Positions 13,786 to 27,112 of a stretch of DNA of 64,000 nucleotides are shown piece after piece (position 1 is the first letter of the stretch; every line of letters starts with the position of its first letter). The stretch spans positions 248,001 through 312,000 of the forward strand of contig OZ287067.1 of assembly GCA_965645245.1 (NCBI GenBank), written 5' to 3'. Source of the stretch: Massalongia carnosa. Taxonomy: Eukaryota. Both the position numbers and the translations under genes were made by a program. Under the pieces are notes generated by a model. It saw nothing but the letters and a program-made list of their open reading frames with translations, was not told the DNA's origin and did no database searches.

Positions 13786-14970
13786 ACGAAAAGCACTCCA
13801 CGATCGGATACAATGGTCTAAGGCAATCCATGTAGCCTCCAAATCTCCTTTAGAAACAGCCTCGCGAGGCCCTCAACGTCTAGAGTAGTGTGACAAGGCA
13901 GGAAGTGACGTCGCTTTGACAGACGATCCACAACAACTAGTACAGCGTCGAATCCTTGACTAACAGGGAGACCAGTAACAAAGTCCATGGAGATGTCCTG
14001 CCAGCGTTGCTCAGGTACGGGTAACGGTCGAAGCACTCCCATCTTTCCTTGACGAGAAGACTTGCTTCGAGAGCACACCTGATAATGTTTCACATACTTC
14101 GCCATGAACTGATAGAACTGAGGCCAATAGTTATGTCGCTGAACTAGATCGAAGGTTTTTGCTCTTCCTGGATGTCCGGCTACGGGACTGTCGTGCATTT
14201 CTCTGCAAAGTCTCATTCTCAGTGCATGCGAGTCTGGAACATACATCTTTTCTCGATAGTGTAGTCGTCCCTGAATTTCTTTGCATTCTGCTAAAGAGAT
14301 TTCCTTAGAATGACTGAGCTTATTTCGCAGGAGTTCGAAAATCTTGCTCGGAAAAGAATCATTCTCCAGACCCTCTTTCCAGAGTTCTTCCAGAGTCTTT
14401 TCGACTTCTTCTCGCTCGGTTTGACGATCGTCCGCTTGACTAGGAATGTTTAAATCATTGCTCAGAAGTTCTAAATTTCGAGGTTTCAAGACCACTTGAT
14501 GCTGAACTTTCAATCGTGGATCATCCTCCCCTTCAGGTAGGTCTTGAGACCTTCTGGTCAATGCATCAGGTTTTCCTCCGCTTTTGCCTGGACAATACAC
14601 TATCTTGAAGTCGAAACGAGAAAGATATTCCGACCAACGGGCCTGGCGACGACTCAAACTGCTTGGTTGTCATGAAGTACTCTAAGTTCTTATGATCAGA
14701 AATTACTTGTATGGGAAAATCAGCTCCTTCAAGCTCGGCTCTCCATTCTTCAAAAGCACGAACAATGGCCATGAGTTCCTTGTCATAGATTTCGTAGTTA
14801 ATCTCCGCTGGTGAGTTTTTTTGGAGAAGAAGGCCACCGGCCTAAGCGTTCCCTCGTCGTCATATTGCGAGAGTACTCCTCCTACTACCCAGTCCGAAGC
14901 GTCGACTTCCACTACTATTTTCTTTTCAGGATCGAAATGCATTAATACTGTATCGCTAAGAAAGGCATCC

Positions 14971-15610
14971 CACCACAGAACGCATCAAGGAACGCTGGGA
15001 CTCCAAATGGAAGACGTACCAGAACCGCATTCCCCGCCCGACAGAGGCACAGTTGGGATCTCTCAGTAGGATGAGACTGAAGATTCACAACAACCTGATG
15101 AAAGCGGAAAGCGCGCTAACCACGCAAATCCGCACCGAAAAAATAGGCTTGGCAAACTTCCTGTTCAATCGTCGGGTACCGGGCGTTATGACCCCGGCCT
15201 GCTCGTGCGGATGGCAGAAGCAGACAGCCAAACACATTATTCTACATTGCAGGCTAATCGACGGCAGATACGAAGTACTAAAACAAATAGGCACCAACGA
15301 CTATCGAACGATCATGAGCTCGTCGAAAATGTTGAAAAAACTAACCACATGGATAATAAAAGCAAATTTGCTGACCCAATTTTCACTAGCATCGCAACTG
15401 TTATACGAGTGATAACTCTCATTTTGTCAAGTATTTCACAGAACATCGAGCGAAGAATGCAGTCCAGAAACGGAACACGTTTGGGATAATGGCGCAGTCT
15501 GCATGGTTTTTATCCCTTTAAAAGGTTTTCCCTGTAAGAATAAATAGATAGCCCGCATAGGCCGGCCTTCGGCCGGTGTCAGATCGGTACAAGAATCAAT
15601 CATCATCATC
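14971..15610 (+). mobile_element. 5'-truncated Tad-like LINE fragment inserted in Gypsy B
   Basis: C-terminal finger CSCGWQKQTAKHIILHC. Tail AATCAATCATCATCATC. 13-bp TSD AAGAAAGGC(A/G)TCC at 14958-14970 and 15611-15623. Confidence 0.93.
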
Positions 15611-18600
15611 AAGAAAGGCGTCCTTCAAGGCTTGAAAGGCCTTCTCGCATTTTTCATCCCAGGCAAAGACTGTATTCTTTTTGGTTAACTTGATCAGGGG
15701 CCAGGCTATTTCGGAAAACCCTCGAACAAAACGGCGGTAGAAGTTCGCAAAACCCACAAAAGCTTGTATATCTCGAACGTTCTTTGGTGAAAGCCATTCC
15801 TTAATTGCTGCGACTTTCTGAGGGTCCATTCGAATACCATTATCCGAAATGATTAGGCCTAGGTACGTGGTCTCGGTGACGAAGAACTCGCATTTCTCAA
15901 TATCCAGTTGTAGTCCTGCTCGAAGGGCCTCCAAGACTTTCCTGACATGAACCTTGTGTTCCTTCACTGATCGGCTGTATATCAGAATATCATCGATGTA
16001 CGCGGTGCAGAAGACGTCCAGAAATTCCCGAAGAACATCGTTGATATAATGCTGAAAGGAGCCCGGGCCCCCGTAAAGTCTAAAAAGGCATTACTTCGTA
16101 CTCGTACAATCCATATCGAGTTTTGAATGCCGTCATCCATTCTTGTCCTTTTTGCATGCGAAGCTTGTTAAAGGCCGCTACAATGTCGAATTTGGAAAAT
16201 ATGACGGCCTTCGCCAGTCGGTCTAGAGTTTCCTGAATCAGGGGCAAGGGATAGCGATTTTTAACAGTGATCGCATTCAGGGCTCGATAATCAACACAGA
16301 GGTGAAGCCCTCCTGAAGGTTTACGAGCAAACAACACCGGCGAGGAGGCTGGAGATGAACTGGCACGAATAAATCCTTTAGCGAGGTTTTCCTTGAGATA
16401 TTTCTGCAAAACTAGTAATTCTGGTGCTAACATCTTGTACAAGGGACATGAGGGCGGAACGGCCCCTTCGGTTAACACAATCTTATGGTCGTAAGGGCGA
16501 TGTGGAGGTAGCTTGTCTGCCTCTGTCTTGGAGAAGACATCCAGTAAGTCATGAAATTCTTTAGGAACGATAGGGGCAGGATCGATATGAATCTTAGGTT
16601 TCAATGTCTTCTCGACATCTTTCATGGACGCGGTGGACAAGAAGACACTTTGACGGGTCCGAATGACCTCGTCAATGTGGTACAAGGAGGCTGTGAAGAT
16701 CTCGTTTTCTCGCTTCTTCATCAAGTTTGAAAAGGGGGCGGCTCCGATCATGTGAATACTCAGATCTGGAGGCTGAACAGGGGACAGTACAGAGTGCATG
16801 GGCTTCAAGGGTTCAAGACTAGCACGAACAGCGGGATTCTTAGATTCAAAGGAATCGACTGCTTCCCGTTTGACATCCTAAACAGGCATGTCAACTCGGG
16901 CAAGCTCGAAGGGTTCGATAACCTCTAGAGGGACCTTGTCCTCACGAGGGGTTTGACGGCCGTCAGATTGGCTATCAGATTCAGGAACAGTATGGTTCAG
17001 AGAAGAAGCAGTCTTTCTTGACAAAGACTCTTCCGAAGGATCACTAGAGTTCGAGGCAATATTATTCGAAGAAGAAGCAGTTTCTTTCACTAGGAACTCT
17101 TCTAAGGGATCTGGAATTCCAGGAACAACAAGAGGGGAGCGCTTTCCTGGTAAGCACTCCGCTGCACAATAACTAGACGAAAAGGTCAAGGTGTTTCGGG
17201 ACCAGCTGACGAAGGGATCATGAATCTGAAGCCATTTGACTCCTAAAACAACGGGGTAATGACCTAATTGAGTAACAAGAAATGAACCATGTTCGCTATG
17301 GGCATCGATACCGAGTTGAAGTTTGACAAGATGAGTGAGCATGCTGGTGGCAATAGGGCGGCCATCCACTACCTGAAGAACACGAGGGCAAGCTAAAGGG
17401 GTGAGGGACAGGAAGTTTCTTTGCGCGAAGGATGCATCAATAAACGCATAACCCGAGGCACCACAATCAATCAGGGCATGGGTGCGAAGGAGCGATTGCC
17501 CACAGAGAGTACTATAGATATGACAAGGTGTCTACCATCTAAGGAGTCTTCTGACAGAGAAAAAGCTGAAATTGAAACCGGGGAACCTTCCAAGTCTTCG
17601 AGGGCGACTTATTCCGAAGACTCCGCATTTTCCGGAGAAGAAAAAGAGGTCTCGCTGAGACGTGAATTCTTGGGCCTACTCGGGCCCTTTGTTAACCTGG
17701 GACAATTTAACGCAAAATGTCCCAACTCCCCACAATACCGACACAGACCTTCCGTCATCCGGCGAGTGACCTCTGCTGAGGGCAACTTACCACGACTAGT
17801 AGTCGAGAGATCCATGGGGTCGGGTGCGGAGGATGAAGACAAGGGGACGGGGGACGCGGGGCGGGGCAGGGTCACTCCTCCGGACTGCGGATTACGGGGT
17901 AAGGCTCCAAAAGTGGCAGGCGAAGAGGAACGAGACGAGAAAGGCTTACGAAGCGAAGCATTGACGTTGCGTTGTCGGGTGTCGAGTCTCTGCAACAGGG
18001 TAATTAACCCGTCCAAATCGCTGGGTAACTCCTGGGTTACCATTAGCTGCTTTAGTTCGTCGCTGACACCATTCAACAGAGCCGAGCGCTGAGCCTCAGA
18101 ATCGAAGTTAGTGTCCGGGATCAGTCGCTGAAAGTCCGACAAGTACACGTGGAACTCCCGATTCTTCTGTCGAAGGGACCGAAGCTCTCGTTATGCAGTG
18201 GCCTTCTTGTCGGGATCCCCAAAAGCTCTCTCCAACATTTTTAACAAGGCGGCCACATCATCCAGAAGAATTTCTTGTTCCGATCTGACGTATGGTTGTA
18301 CTTGTGAAAGGGCGAGTCCCTCGAGTCGACTAATAGCGTAGATGAGGCCGGACTTGGGACCCATGAACCGATCGGCATTGACAAAGAGTTTTAGATGCAG
18401 TTGAGTCGTCCATGATCGAAGCTCGTCCTTGTTTCCCGAGAATTTCGGAATGTCGGGAAGCTTTTCAGAACGGGGTTCTCTGTTGCTAGTATGATTCTGA
18501 TATTCTTGACTCTGCTGACGAAAGACAGATATCATCCCTCGAGCGGCTATGAGCTCGTCATTGGAGGCCTGCAGCTGGGCACGAAGGTTGTTGAGTTCCG

Positions 18601-19055
18601 TTTCGAGGAAATTGTATTGTCGATTCTTCTCCTCAATAGCTTCCAAGGCTCCGGAAGCGAAACTGATGAGACGATGCGTGTAGCGATACCACTCTCTCGG
18701 ATAAGCCGAGGCCGACTGGGCCTATCCTTCCTGAGAGGCTGCTATTGCTGTGAGGTCGAGGCCTCCTCCGAGTATCGGGACTCGAAGGGCTGAGAGGTAG
18801 ATTCTGGAGTGTCGAGAGCTGGAGAAGCTGAGGACATGAATGCTAATAGGGAACAAGAACCACACTGGAGTATGGGAGGGTGTTCGTAATGTCACGGTAG
18901 GAGTCCAATGATCCTATCCATGTGGTGGAACAGTGTTTCGCTATCGACTATACTACATGATAATCTGACGAAACGAACACAAGGAGGAAAACAGTAACTG
19001 CTAGCAGAGATTTCCTTTAACTCCTGAAAAGGGACACTAAACCCAACTCGGTAAG

Positions 19056-19260
19056 TGTCAGGGTCCTGGCCTGACCCGACACGCTCTGGTGGTCACGGGA
19101 CAGCGTGACTCGCCTAAGCAGTAGCGCGCGTCGCTTGACTGGCTAGCGCACCACGGTAGATTATGTTTAGGAGTTCAGCGATGATTATTCTTTCTTTCCT
19201 TCCTTGTAGTTAAATTCTAGTTCATAGCTACTGAATAATATCAGGGCAAGCTGCCTGACA
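19056..19260. mobile_element. Solo LTR (205 bp) inserted in the LTR of Gypsy B
   Basis: TGTCAGG...CCTGACA terminal inverted ends. TSD GTAAG at 19051-19055 and 19261-19265. Confidence 0.9.
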
Positions 19261-19867
19261 GTAAGCTCGCAGTCTAACCACAACGATCATCCGCCGGCGC
19301 TAAACCTTAAAGTCTATCAAGGGCAGCCGTAGATTGACCTGTTCAATGAATGTCATGAAATTGAACCAACCCGATCCAGAATCAATCCCGCAGATGAATC
19401 TGACTAAGCTCCCGTTCCTCTATTCAGCTTAGTCAGAATCTCATTAACTAAATCGAGTTTAGACCCCTCTCAACGGCTTCAGGTCAAAGCTGTACCATCA
19501 CCATCAAAGCGTACCAACGACAGGAGAACCTCATCTCCACCTTTTATCGTCAAACACCTCGTCAAACCTTCGTGCCGTACGTCTCCTAATAGGGGGAGAT
19601 GAACACTGATCGAATCTTCATGCAAAGGGGTTCGAGACAAATATAAAAGGAAGGACAAGTTAATTAGATAGTTGACTCCTTGTCCGACGTCTTGTATAGC
19701 AATCCATCACCTAGCTATAGCCTTATTAATAAAGACATCTTGATCACCCAATCCAATTCCTAGGAACATTAGTTCAATCCCCTGCCCATCCTTGACATTA
19801 CGTCGGACCTACATCGAAAGGTGCCTTTCATAGCACTAGCCCCTGTCCCCCCTCATATTCCACCATC

Positions 19868-21061
19868 ATGTCTTCGTCTTCAGAAGAGATGACCGTCCCC
19901 CAAAATCCTCTCATCGACGAGAACGTGAAGTTGTTTCAAACCCAGTTCCAAACCAATCCTGAAGCATTCGTCGCGGAAATACGACGACTTCAAGACGAGG
20001 TGGCCCGGTTGCAGGCCGCCCCAGCTCCCGACCCCCCTATACCCACTCCAGCATCAACCTCGTCTCCCTCGTCCGTTCCGGCAATGGACCCTCAGATAGC
20101 TGCCCTCCTGCAGCTCCTTTTGACCCGGAATTCCGAGTCCAAAACCGATCTTCGTTCCGAAAAACTTCCCGACATCTCCGAGTACGATGGAGATGAAGCC
20201 AAGTTGGACTCCTGGGAACAGAGCCTGATTCAACGGATGCACGTTAATCATGATCGATACTCCACCGATGCCTCCAAGATTGCATACGCGGAGAATCGGC
20301 TCACCATCGGGAAACGAGCTCACAACCTTATGAATGCGTATCGAGTGGATGGCATTTGTAGACTCACCACCTTCTCCGAATGGCGTTCTGCTCTTCGCCT
20401 AGCCTGCGGCAACCCCTTCGAACAAGAGGATGCCCGTAAGTACCTTCGAGAAACCCTCAAGCAAGGCTCTCTGAGTTTCGAAGAGTACAACACTCTCTTC
20501 TCTCAGAAAAAAGACCGATCCAGAATGGAAGACGCTTCGTTGATTGATGCCATGAAGGCAAACATCAACTACTCCGTTCAAACCGCGGCCGTCCACTACC
20601 GAGTCCCCGGCACCAATCTGGAGCCAATCACTTTCGACGAGCACGTCGCAATGTGGTTAAGCACGGACCGGAAAATCCGTCAGATCCGTCATCTGGCACC
20701 CAAGGCCACGACTCCGGCCACATCAGCTCCCGCCAATCGAAGAAACGGCACCAACCTTCCTGCTGCCCCTTTCCCCCGCACTGTCGTCACGGGCACGGTC
20801 ACCCCATCGATCCCAACCCCCGCCTTCCCCCCAGCTGGAGACCCCATGGACCTAAGTCAGGCCATGGCGGCTGTCAAAGGTCAGTCGTTGAAAACCGAGG
20901 GAGTAAGGAAGATCTGCGAGAATTGGAACCTGTGCTTCTATTGCAAATTGCAACACCTCGGGTCGGCCTCCGACTGTCCAAATAAGCCTACCAAACGCCT
21001 TCGCAACATGGAAGTCGTCTCGACCCTCACTCCCGAGACTGACGACTCGGGAAACGTCTAG
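19868..21061 (+). CDS. gag: Gag of Gypsy C
   Basis: 397-aa ORF with DPMDLS and LCFYCK. Ends just after slippery site GGGAAAC (21049-21055). Confidence 0.9.
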   Translation: MSSSSEEMTVPQNPLIDENVKLFQTQFQTNPEAFVAEIRRLQDEVARLQAAPAPDPPIPTPASTSSPSSVPAMDPQIAALLQLLLTRNSESKTDLRSEKLPDISEYDGDEAKLDSWEQSLIQRMHVNHDRYSTDASKIAYAENRLTIGKRAHNLMNAYRVDGICRLTTFSEWRSALRLACGNPFEQEDARKYLRETLKQGSLSFEEYNTLFSQKKDRSRMEDASLIDAMKANINYSVQTAAVHYRVPGTNLEPITFDEHVAMWLSTDRKIRQIRHLAPKATTPATSAPANRRNGTNLPAAPFPRTVVTGTVTPSIPTPAFPPAGDPMDLSQAMAAVKGQSLKTEGVRKICENWNLCFYCKLQHLGSASDCPNKPTKRLRNMEVVSTLTPETDDSGNV

Positions 21062-24000
21062 ACTCTGCGCATCGTCGCGCGCAGAGCCCTATTTTAATTT
21101 CTTCTTGTCTGTTAGCCAACTCGTTTTCTCCCCCCCTTCAATCAAACACTCGTTTTTCCGCAGCCTCCGCTTTGGAGCTGTTTGAAACCGAAGAAGCGTT
21201 TCGAGATAGCCACCTAGTGGTATCATGTATCTTACGTTTAGGTAGATCTCGAATTCAAGCTCTCAATCTGATTGATTGTGGTGCATCTGGCTATGCATTC
21301 ATTGACAAGAAGTTTGCGCAAACTCACCAAATCCCCCTTCATCCCCTCAAATACGCCCGACGCCTTGAAGGCTTCGACGGTCAGCCGGCTCTGACTGGAA
21401 ATATCACTCATGTGGCCGAGGTAATCATGGACTTAAACGGACATGTAGAAAGATTATTCCTTTTCGTAACAGGACTGAAAATCTACCCCATCGTCCTGGG
21501 ACACCCGTGGTTGCGACGACATCAAGCTCTCGCTGATTTCGAGTCCAAACTCTCTCTCCCTGTCTTCCTCTTTCTGCCTGGCTCATTGTAGCCCTCATCC
21601 AGTCAAGGTGAAGGCCTACACGGGCGAGAAATTCCTATCTCCTGTGGAAAGTCAGGAAGTATGGGAATCGGAAAACTACTCGTCCAATAGTCAAATCCTG
21701 TCCGAAAAACCTGTCCTGTCCGATAAAACCACGCCGCGCGATAGTAAGACAACTTCTCTCGAAAATCAGGACATCAGTCGTATCGAAAAAGCGATTGAAC
21801 AGGGCGACTCACCGAAAATCCGATATCGAAGTCCCTCTTCGTATCGCACCTCCACTCAGCGACATGCTGCCCAGCAGAATCGCAATCCTCCTGTTTTGGA
21901 CGTCTGTGACTCAACTTCAACTATCTCGGACGAAAAAAGAGTCACGAGATGTTTGCTCTCTCCTTGAAAGAAATCGATCACTTTCTCGGCCTGACTCAAC
22001 CTGAACCTAAGCCTGAACCCAAACCCGAATCTCGCCTTCGTCAAGAGACTGACTGGGCACACTCGAAACCAACCTACCAACCCAACCCCCGGTCCAGCCC
22101 TAGTGAAAAGAAATATCACTTAGCCCTGTTCCGTATGAACCAGGCTCTGACACAGTTATGTTCAGTGACCGAACCCGAACCTCAACTCTTGACACTGCAA
22201 TCATCAGTGACCGCCGAAGAACTGAACGCTTATCGTGAGCGAAAGAACGTCGACCCAGCCCCCCTTCTACCCAAACAGTATCACGACTTTCTGGATGTCT
22301 TCTCCAAAAAAGAATCGGACGTCCTGCCCGAACACCGACCCTACAACCATGCCATAAAGCTAAAAGAAGGCTCTCCAATCCCGAATCAAGCTCTTTATGG
22401 CATGAGTCGAACCGAAATCGAAGAACTCCGACGCTACCTTGATGAGAACCTGTCGAAAGGCTTCATCCGAGCTAGTAAATCCCCCGCTGCCTCTCCAGTC
22501 ATGTTCGTAAAGAAGCCAGGAGGAGGACTTCGCTTCTGTGTCGACTATCGAGGCCTCAATGCCATCACGATTAAGAATCGGTATCCGCTTCCCCTGATCA
22601 CCGAAACCCTGAATCGCCTGAGTCGGGCTAAGATATTCAACAAGCTGGACATTATTTCAGCGTTCAATCGGCTCCGCATCAAGGAAGGAGATGAAGAACT
22701 CACCGCATTCAGAACCCGTTTTGGCCTCTTCGAACCCCTGGTCCTACCATTCGGCCTCTGTAACGGCCCCGCCTCCTTTCAACACTTCATCAATGATACT
22801 CTTCGAGAGTATCTCGACGACTTTTGCACGGCCTATCTAGATGACATTCTCATCTACAGCGAAATTGAAGGCCAGCATGAAATCCACGTCAAACGTATCC
22901 TCATCAAGCTGAGAGAAGCCGGGCTGCAAGTAGACATAACCAAATGCAAATTTCATGTCACAGAAGTTGCCTATCTCGGACTAATCGTAACCACCGAGGG
23001 AATCAAAATGGACCCCGCTAAAATCGAAACAGTAACTCATTGGCCAATACCGATCAATATGAAAGATGTACAAAGCTTTCTGGGATTTGCTAACTTCTAT
23101 AGACGATTCGTATACGGCTTTAGTAAGATAGCCGGCCCACTGACGAATCTAACCAAAAAGGAGGTCAGCTTTCAATGGACTGACAAATGTCAACAGGTAT
23201 TCGAAACTCTAAAAAAAGCTTTCACCTCGGAACTAATACTGATGCATTTCGATCCCGATCGTCCTATCATCGTGGAAACCGATGCTTCGGACTACGTCTC
23301 TGGTGGTATCCTTTCTCAGTATGACAACGAGAACGTGCTTCGCCCCATCGCATACTTCTCCAAGAAACACAACCCGGCCGAATGCAATTATGAGATCTAT
23401 GACAAGGAACTCATGGCCATCGTCCGATGCTTCGAAGAATGGAGACCGGAATTGGAAGGTTCTGCTCACCCCAGCAGCGTTATCTCAGATCATAAGAATT
23501 TGGAATACTTCGCTTCAACCAAACAACTCAGTCGTCGTCAAGCTCGCTGGTCCGAATTCTTATCCCGATTTGACTTTAAAATAGTCTATCGACCCGGAAA
23601 AGCTGGTGGAAAACCAGATGCACTGACTCGTCGCTCAGGAGACCTCCCTAAAGAGGGGGATGAAACTGATGAAAGACATAAACATCAGCATCAAACCATC
23701 CTGAAAACTCATAACCTGGACGACGAAGTGGCGAAAAGTTTCTTATCCACGATTATCCTAGCCCCCACGTTCATCGAACAGGATCCCGAGTCCGTTGAAC
23801 ATGATCACGAGTTCATTGAACCTGAACCACAGCTGGATCAGCCTGCCGACCAAACCAATCCTGGCCAAGACCCGACCGACGTCCCAACTCAGCTGTTATG
23901 GGAACAAGCTCTGGAACAGGATCAATTCGCTCTGGAAGTTCTAGACATGCTTCGCAATAATGTCAGATATCATAACGGCATTCAGCTAGCCGAATGTGAA

Positions 24001-25923
24001 GATAAAGAAGGGATTCTTTATTTTCGAAACCGTCGATACGTACCCAATTCGGATCGGCTCCGTCTCCGTCTCATTCAACAGGCACACGACAGCGTAGCAG
24101 GTGGCCATCCCGGTCGTTCCAAATGCTACGAACTAATGAATCGATCATCCTGGTGGCTGTCATGAAATGCCTCCGACCTCACCACGTGCCTCTATCACGT
24201 GCCTTGATCTGATGACTACTCACGGACGTCGTGCCATGCCTTCGGGACCCTCATATCATTCTTCGAATTCGCCGATTACTGATCATTAATCAGCCTCGCA
24301 TTGATGATTTATTCCCGTCTTTCGACTATTATCATGTCTAATAGCTTCGCATTGATGTTTGACATCTCCCGTCTCCTCGCTGACCCCATCGTGCTTATTG
24401 CCGCTATAATGCCCCTCATTCATCATCGCACTGACTAGACATCATTCGCCGCCACCCTAGAAAGATGAATATGGGAGGACAAAGATATAAGAAAGAAGTC
24501 GAATCATGGAAGTTCTGATTCTTTGTCGAACGTCTTGAATAGCCAACCTAGCCTAGCCTAGATTCATAGCTATAGACTCAATCAATAAGCTTGACCATCA
24601 ACTCACCTTGCCTTTGCCCTTGCCCTCGACCTGATTTCGTGACAGTGGCCCAGTATGCATCAAACCGTCAAACGATTCATTCGTACCTGTCACACCTGTA
24701 GACGATCCAAACCATCCCGCCAACGATACCAAGGATGGCTACGCCCTCTGTCCCCACCCGAACGTCGATGGCGTGACGTTTGCATGGACTACGTAGGTCC
24801 GCTGCCTCCGAGCACCTTCATGGGTATAACCTATCGTTATATCCTCGTCTTCATCGATCGCCTTTCCAAGATGCGACATTCCGTCCCCACCACCTCCATG
24901 GAGGTAGAAGAGGCTGCTAACTCCTTCTACCAAAATGTATTGAAATTACACGGTCTCCCAGACGCCTTGATTTCGGATCGAGGCACCCAATTCACCTCCG
25001 ATTTCTGGGACATCATGTGTAAACGGCTTAGAATGGATGCTAGGATATCAACCAGTTTTCATCCCGAGACAGATGGCCAAACCGAGAGGGCTAATGCAAC
25101 CATGGAGCACTATCTTCGGGCATACGTCAATTACATGCAAGATGACTGGGCCCAGTACTTACCCGGTGCCGAATTCTCCAGCAATAACACCGACTCCTCC
25201 AGCATTCTCGCCTCTCCCTTCCTGGCTAATTATGGACAACACCCCAGGGTAGGATTCGAACCCGAAGAGCCCCTTCCGCAAGACCTGACCGCCCAGGGAA
25301 TCGCTAACCTGATCGCCGCCAATCGATTCGTAGACAAGATGCGAGACGTAGACACTCACCTACGAGAAGAGATGTTGATCGCGCAGGCCTCATACGAATC
25401 TTCCGCCAATGAGAACCGCCGTCCCTGTCCTCGTTATCTTGTAGGAGACATGGTATGGCTGAACACCCGAAATATCCAGACAGCCCGTCCGGCAGCCAAA
25501 CTGGACGATCGAAATGTCGGTCCTTACCGAGTCTGTAAGGTGTTCGCCAACCCTCTTGTTGTTCAACTGGAACTCCCCGACACGGTCAAAATTCATCCGG
25601 TCTTTCATGTAAATCTGCTACAACACGACGCAGACGACCCCCTCCCAGGACAAATTCCCGAGCTTCGCGACCCAATAATAGCCGAAGATGGACAGCGAGA
25701 ATGGTATGTCAACAGCATTCTGAACTCGAAACTGGACAGACGTTATCAACCTCCGCTTCTCAAGTATTTCGTCAACTGGGAAGGACATACCCCCACCTGG
25801 GAGCCATTTCACCTACTAACCAACTGTCAACAAGCTCTGGACGAATTCCACGAAGCCTATCCTGGTGCATCCGGCCCACATCTCACCCCCTGTTCCATTC
25901 CTCGATGTCGCTGTCATGAATAA
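21049..25923 (+). pseudogene. pol: Pol of Gypsy C (PR-RT-RH-IN-chromodomain)
   Basis: LIDCGA, YLDD, DAS, HPETDGQTER and chromodomain WEP. Two frameshifts near 21550 and 21910, plus a solo-LTR insertion at 24158. Confidence 0.92.
24158..24644 (+). mobile_element. Solo LTR of the Gypsy E family (487 bp)
   Basis: Reverse complement of 54517-55003 with about one difference. TSD GTGGC at 24153-24157 and 24645-24649. Confidence 0.97.
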
Positions 25924-26755
25924 AACTGCTTCGCAGAAGCTCAGCTCTTGAAAGTGGAGCTACTGTCATTAAATCGAACCAACCCGATCCAGAATCAATC
26001 CCGCAGATGAATCTGACTAAGCTCCCGTTCCTCTATTCAGCTTAGTCAGAATCTCATTAACTAAATCGAGTTTAGACCCCTCTCAACGGCTTCAGGTCAA
26101 AGCTGTACCATCACCATCAAAGCGTACCAACGACAGGAGAACCTTATCTCCACCTTTTATCGTCAAACACCTCGTCAAACCTTCGTGCCGTACGTCTCCT
26201 AATAGGGGGAGATAAACACTGATCGAATCTTCATACAAAGGGGTTCGAGACAAATATAAAAGGAAGGACAAGTTAATTAGATAGTTGACTCCTTGTCCGA
26301 CATCTTGTATAGCAATCCATCACCTAGCTATATCCTTATTAATAAAGACATCTTGATCACCCAATCCAATTCCTAAGAACATTCGTTCAGTCCCCTGCCT
26401 AGTCCTCGACAGGCATTTCCGTCCGATCCCCCCATGTAAGTACTTTACTCGACAATTGGCATCGGATATAAAAGTTTAGGCGTTTCATTTTCGTCGAATA
26501 CAACAGATGTTTTGGGTATTCCATGACGACGTTTTTTGTCTTTGTAGATAATAGTCTTCATTTCATCAACTGTATGACAGTAGTCATATATTGTACGGTA
26601 TTAAGATCTACCCAGGCTATACAAAGAATGTCTCCGTCATCAAAACCAAATTTCTTACTAGACTCGGTTGTCATCAGTCCCATTCTCCCCCTATCCGTTT
26701 GTTTGGTAGCGGCCACACGCATTCTTAGTAGTTGATCAGGAAAACCGCTTCCCGC

Positions 26756-27112
26756 TGTGGAAGGATGAACTGGGTGGTGTGCGTGGTCCACTACTGCTAG
26801 GAGAGCAAGAGAACAAACAAACAAGAGAAGAACAGAAAAATAGAATAAGAAAAATAGCTAGACTGATCACTGTAAGCCTCGCGCCTCGTGCCTCATGCCT
26901 CGTGCCTGTGAACTGTATGTGTTGATGCTATGTGTTGTAGCTATTGCTACGAGCATGCTTGCTCTATAAGGAAAAGAACTATCTATAACTAAACTAAAAG
27001 AAAGACTGTCACCTGACTTCCCCGCTACCTTTACCGAGTATCAACCGAAAAGAACCAACTCCCGAACCGCTAGCAATTTGAATTTAGAGTATCACCGCTC
27101 CACCCCCCTATA
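26756..27112. mobile_element. Solo LTR H in the piggyBac-like transposase
   Basis: Interrupts the AKA|GSG codons. Ends TG...TA (CA presumed mutated). 4-bp duplication CCGC at 26752-26755 and 27113-27116. Confidence 0.65.

Larger units (their letters stand above)
13785..19350 (-). mobile_element. Ty3/Gypsy element B, degenerate and 3'-truncated in integrase
   Basis: Gag 18837-17609 (zinc knuckle CRYCGELGH, stop at 18191), protease, RT (LCVDYRALN, YIDD), RNase H (DASDW), integrase (WQDISMDF...IVSDRG). 5' LTR starts at 18890 and is cut at 19350. Confidence 0.92.
19351..26411 (+). mobile_element. Ty3/Gypsy chromovirus C, full length but disrupted
   Basis: LTRs 19351-19797 and 25964-26411 (about a dozen differences by eye). 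Gag plus pol with chromodomain. Flanks ATGAA and GGCAT do not match, so no TSD. Confidence 0.95.
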
